Both the position numbers and the translations under genes were made by a program. From a virus, in IMG/VR virus record IMGVR_UViG_3300005573_000052: 64,000 bases of DNA; one strand, written 5' to 3'. Numbering within the stretch: the first letter of the stretch is position 1; each line of letters opens with the position of its first letter. Positions 63,873-64,000 of the stretch are shown one piece after another. The notes under the pieces were generated by a model. That model did not search any database. It was not told where the DNA came from and saw nothing but the letters and a program-made list of their open reading frames with translations.

Positions 63873-64000
63873 GCTGGTATACAAATCACAAGTCGGCGGG
63901 TGTATAGCCCGCTGACACAATCTCAACCACTCTCCCAATTTCACCTTCCATGTCCATAACCCACCAATTTACGCTTACTACCCGGACCACATCGCTGGCC

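Overview
This window looks like part of a large, GC-rich dsDNA (jumbo-type) bacteriophage genome. The evidence is dense ATGA-overlapped genes, almost all on the minus strand until a divergent promoter pair at about 62.6 kb, and no rRNA, tRNA or virion structural genes that I could recognise. Contents, left to right: a nucleotidyltransferase plus CCA-adding enzyme; a SLOG / PurA-like / vWA / J-domain-pseudokinase module; a BCS1-like AAA+ ATPase; a tandem paralog array; a Prs-like + NAMPT-like NAD module (NARP1-like); a bacterial-type replisome (DnaE in two genes with a mini-intein, DnaQ-like exonuclease, primase, DnaB-like helicase, RecA); two DNA methyltransferases; four free-standing homing endonucleases; a class II RNR; and a ~25 kb sugar-modification island. 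The most unusual observations are: (1) two integron-like attC sites at 36.5-37.0 kb whose cores show that a 765-bp two-cassette circle recombined into a phage gene, with start codons supplied from inside the attC sites; (2) a ~750-nt highly structured, apparently non-coding RNA behind its own promoter at 62.66-63.4 kb; (3) a GIY-YIG endonuclease that split the Pol III PHP gene and carries a synonymously recoded replacement 5' end. All calls come from reading motifs by eye; no searches were run. Several start codons were adjusted from the ORF track using gene overlaps and promoter positions.
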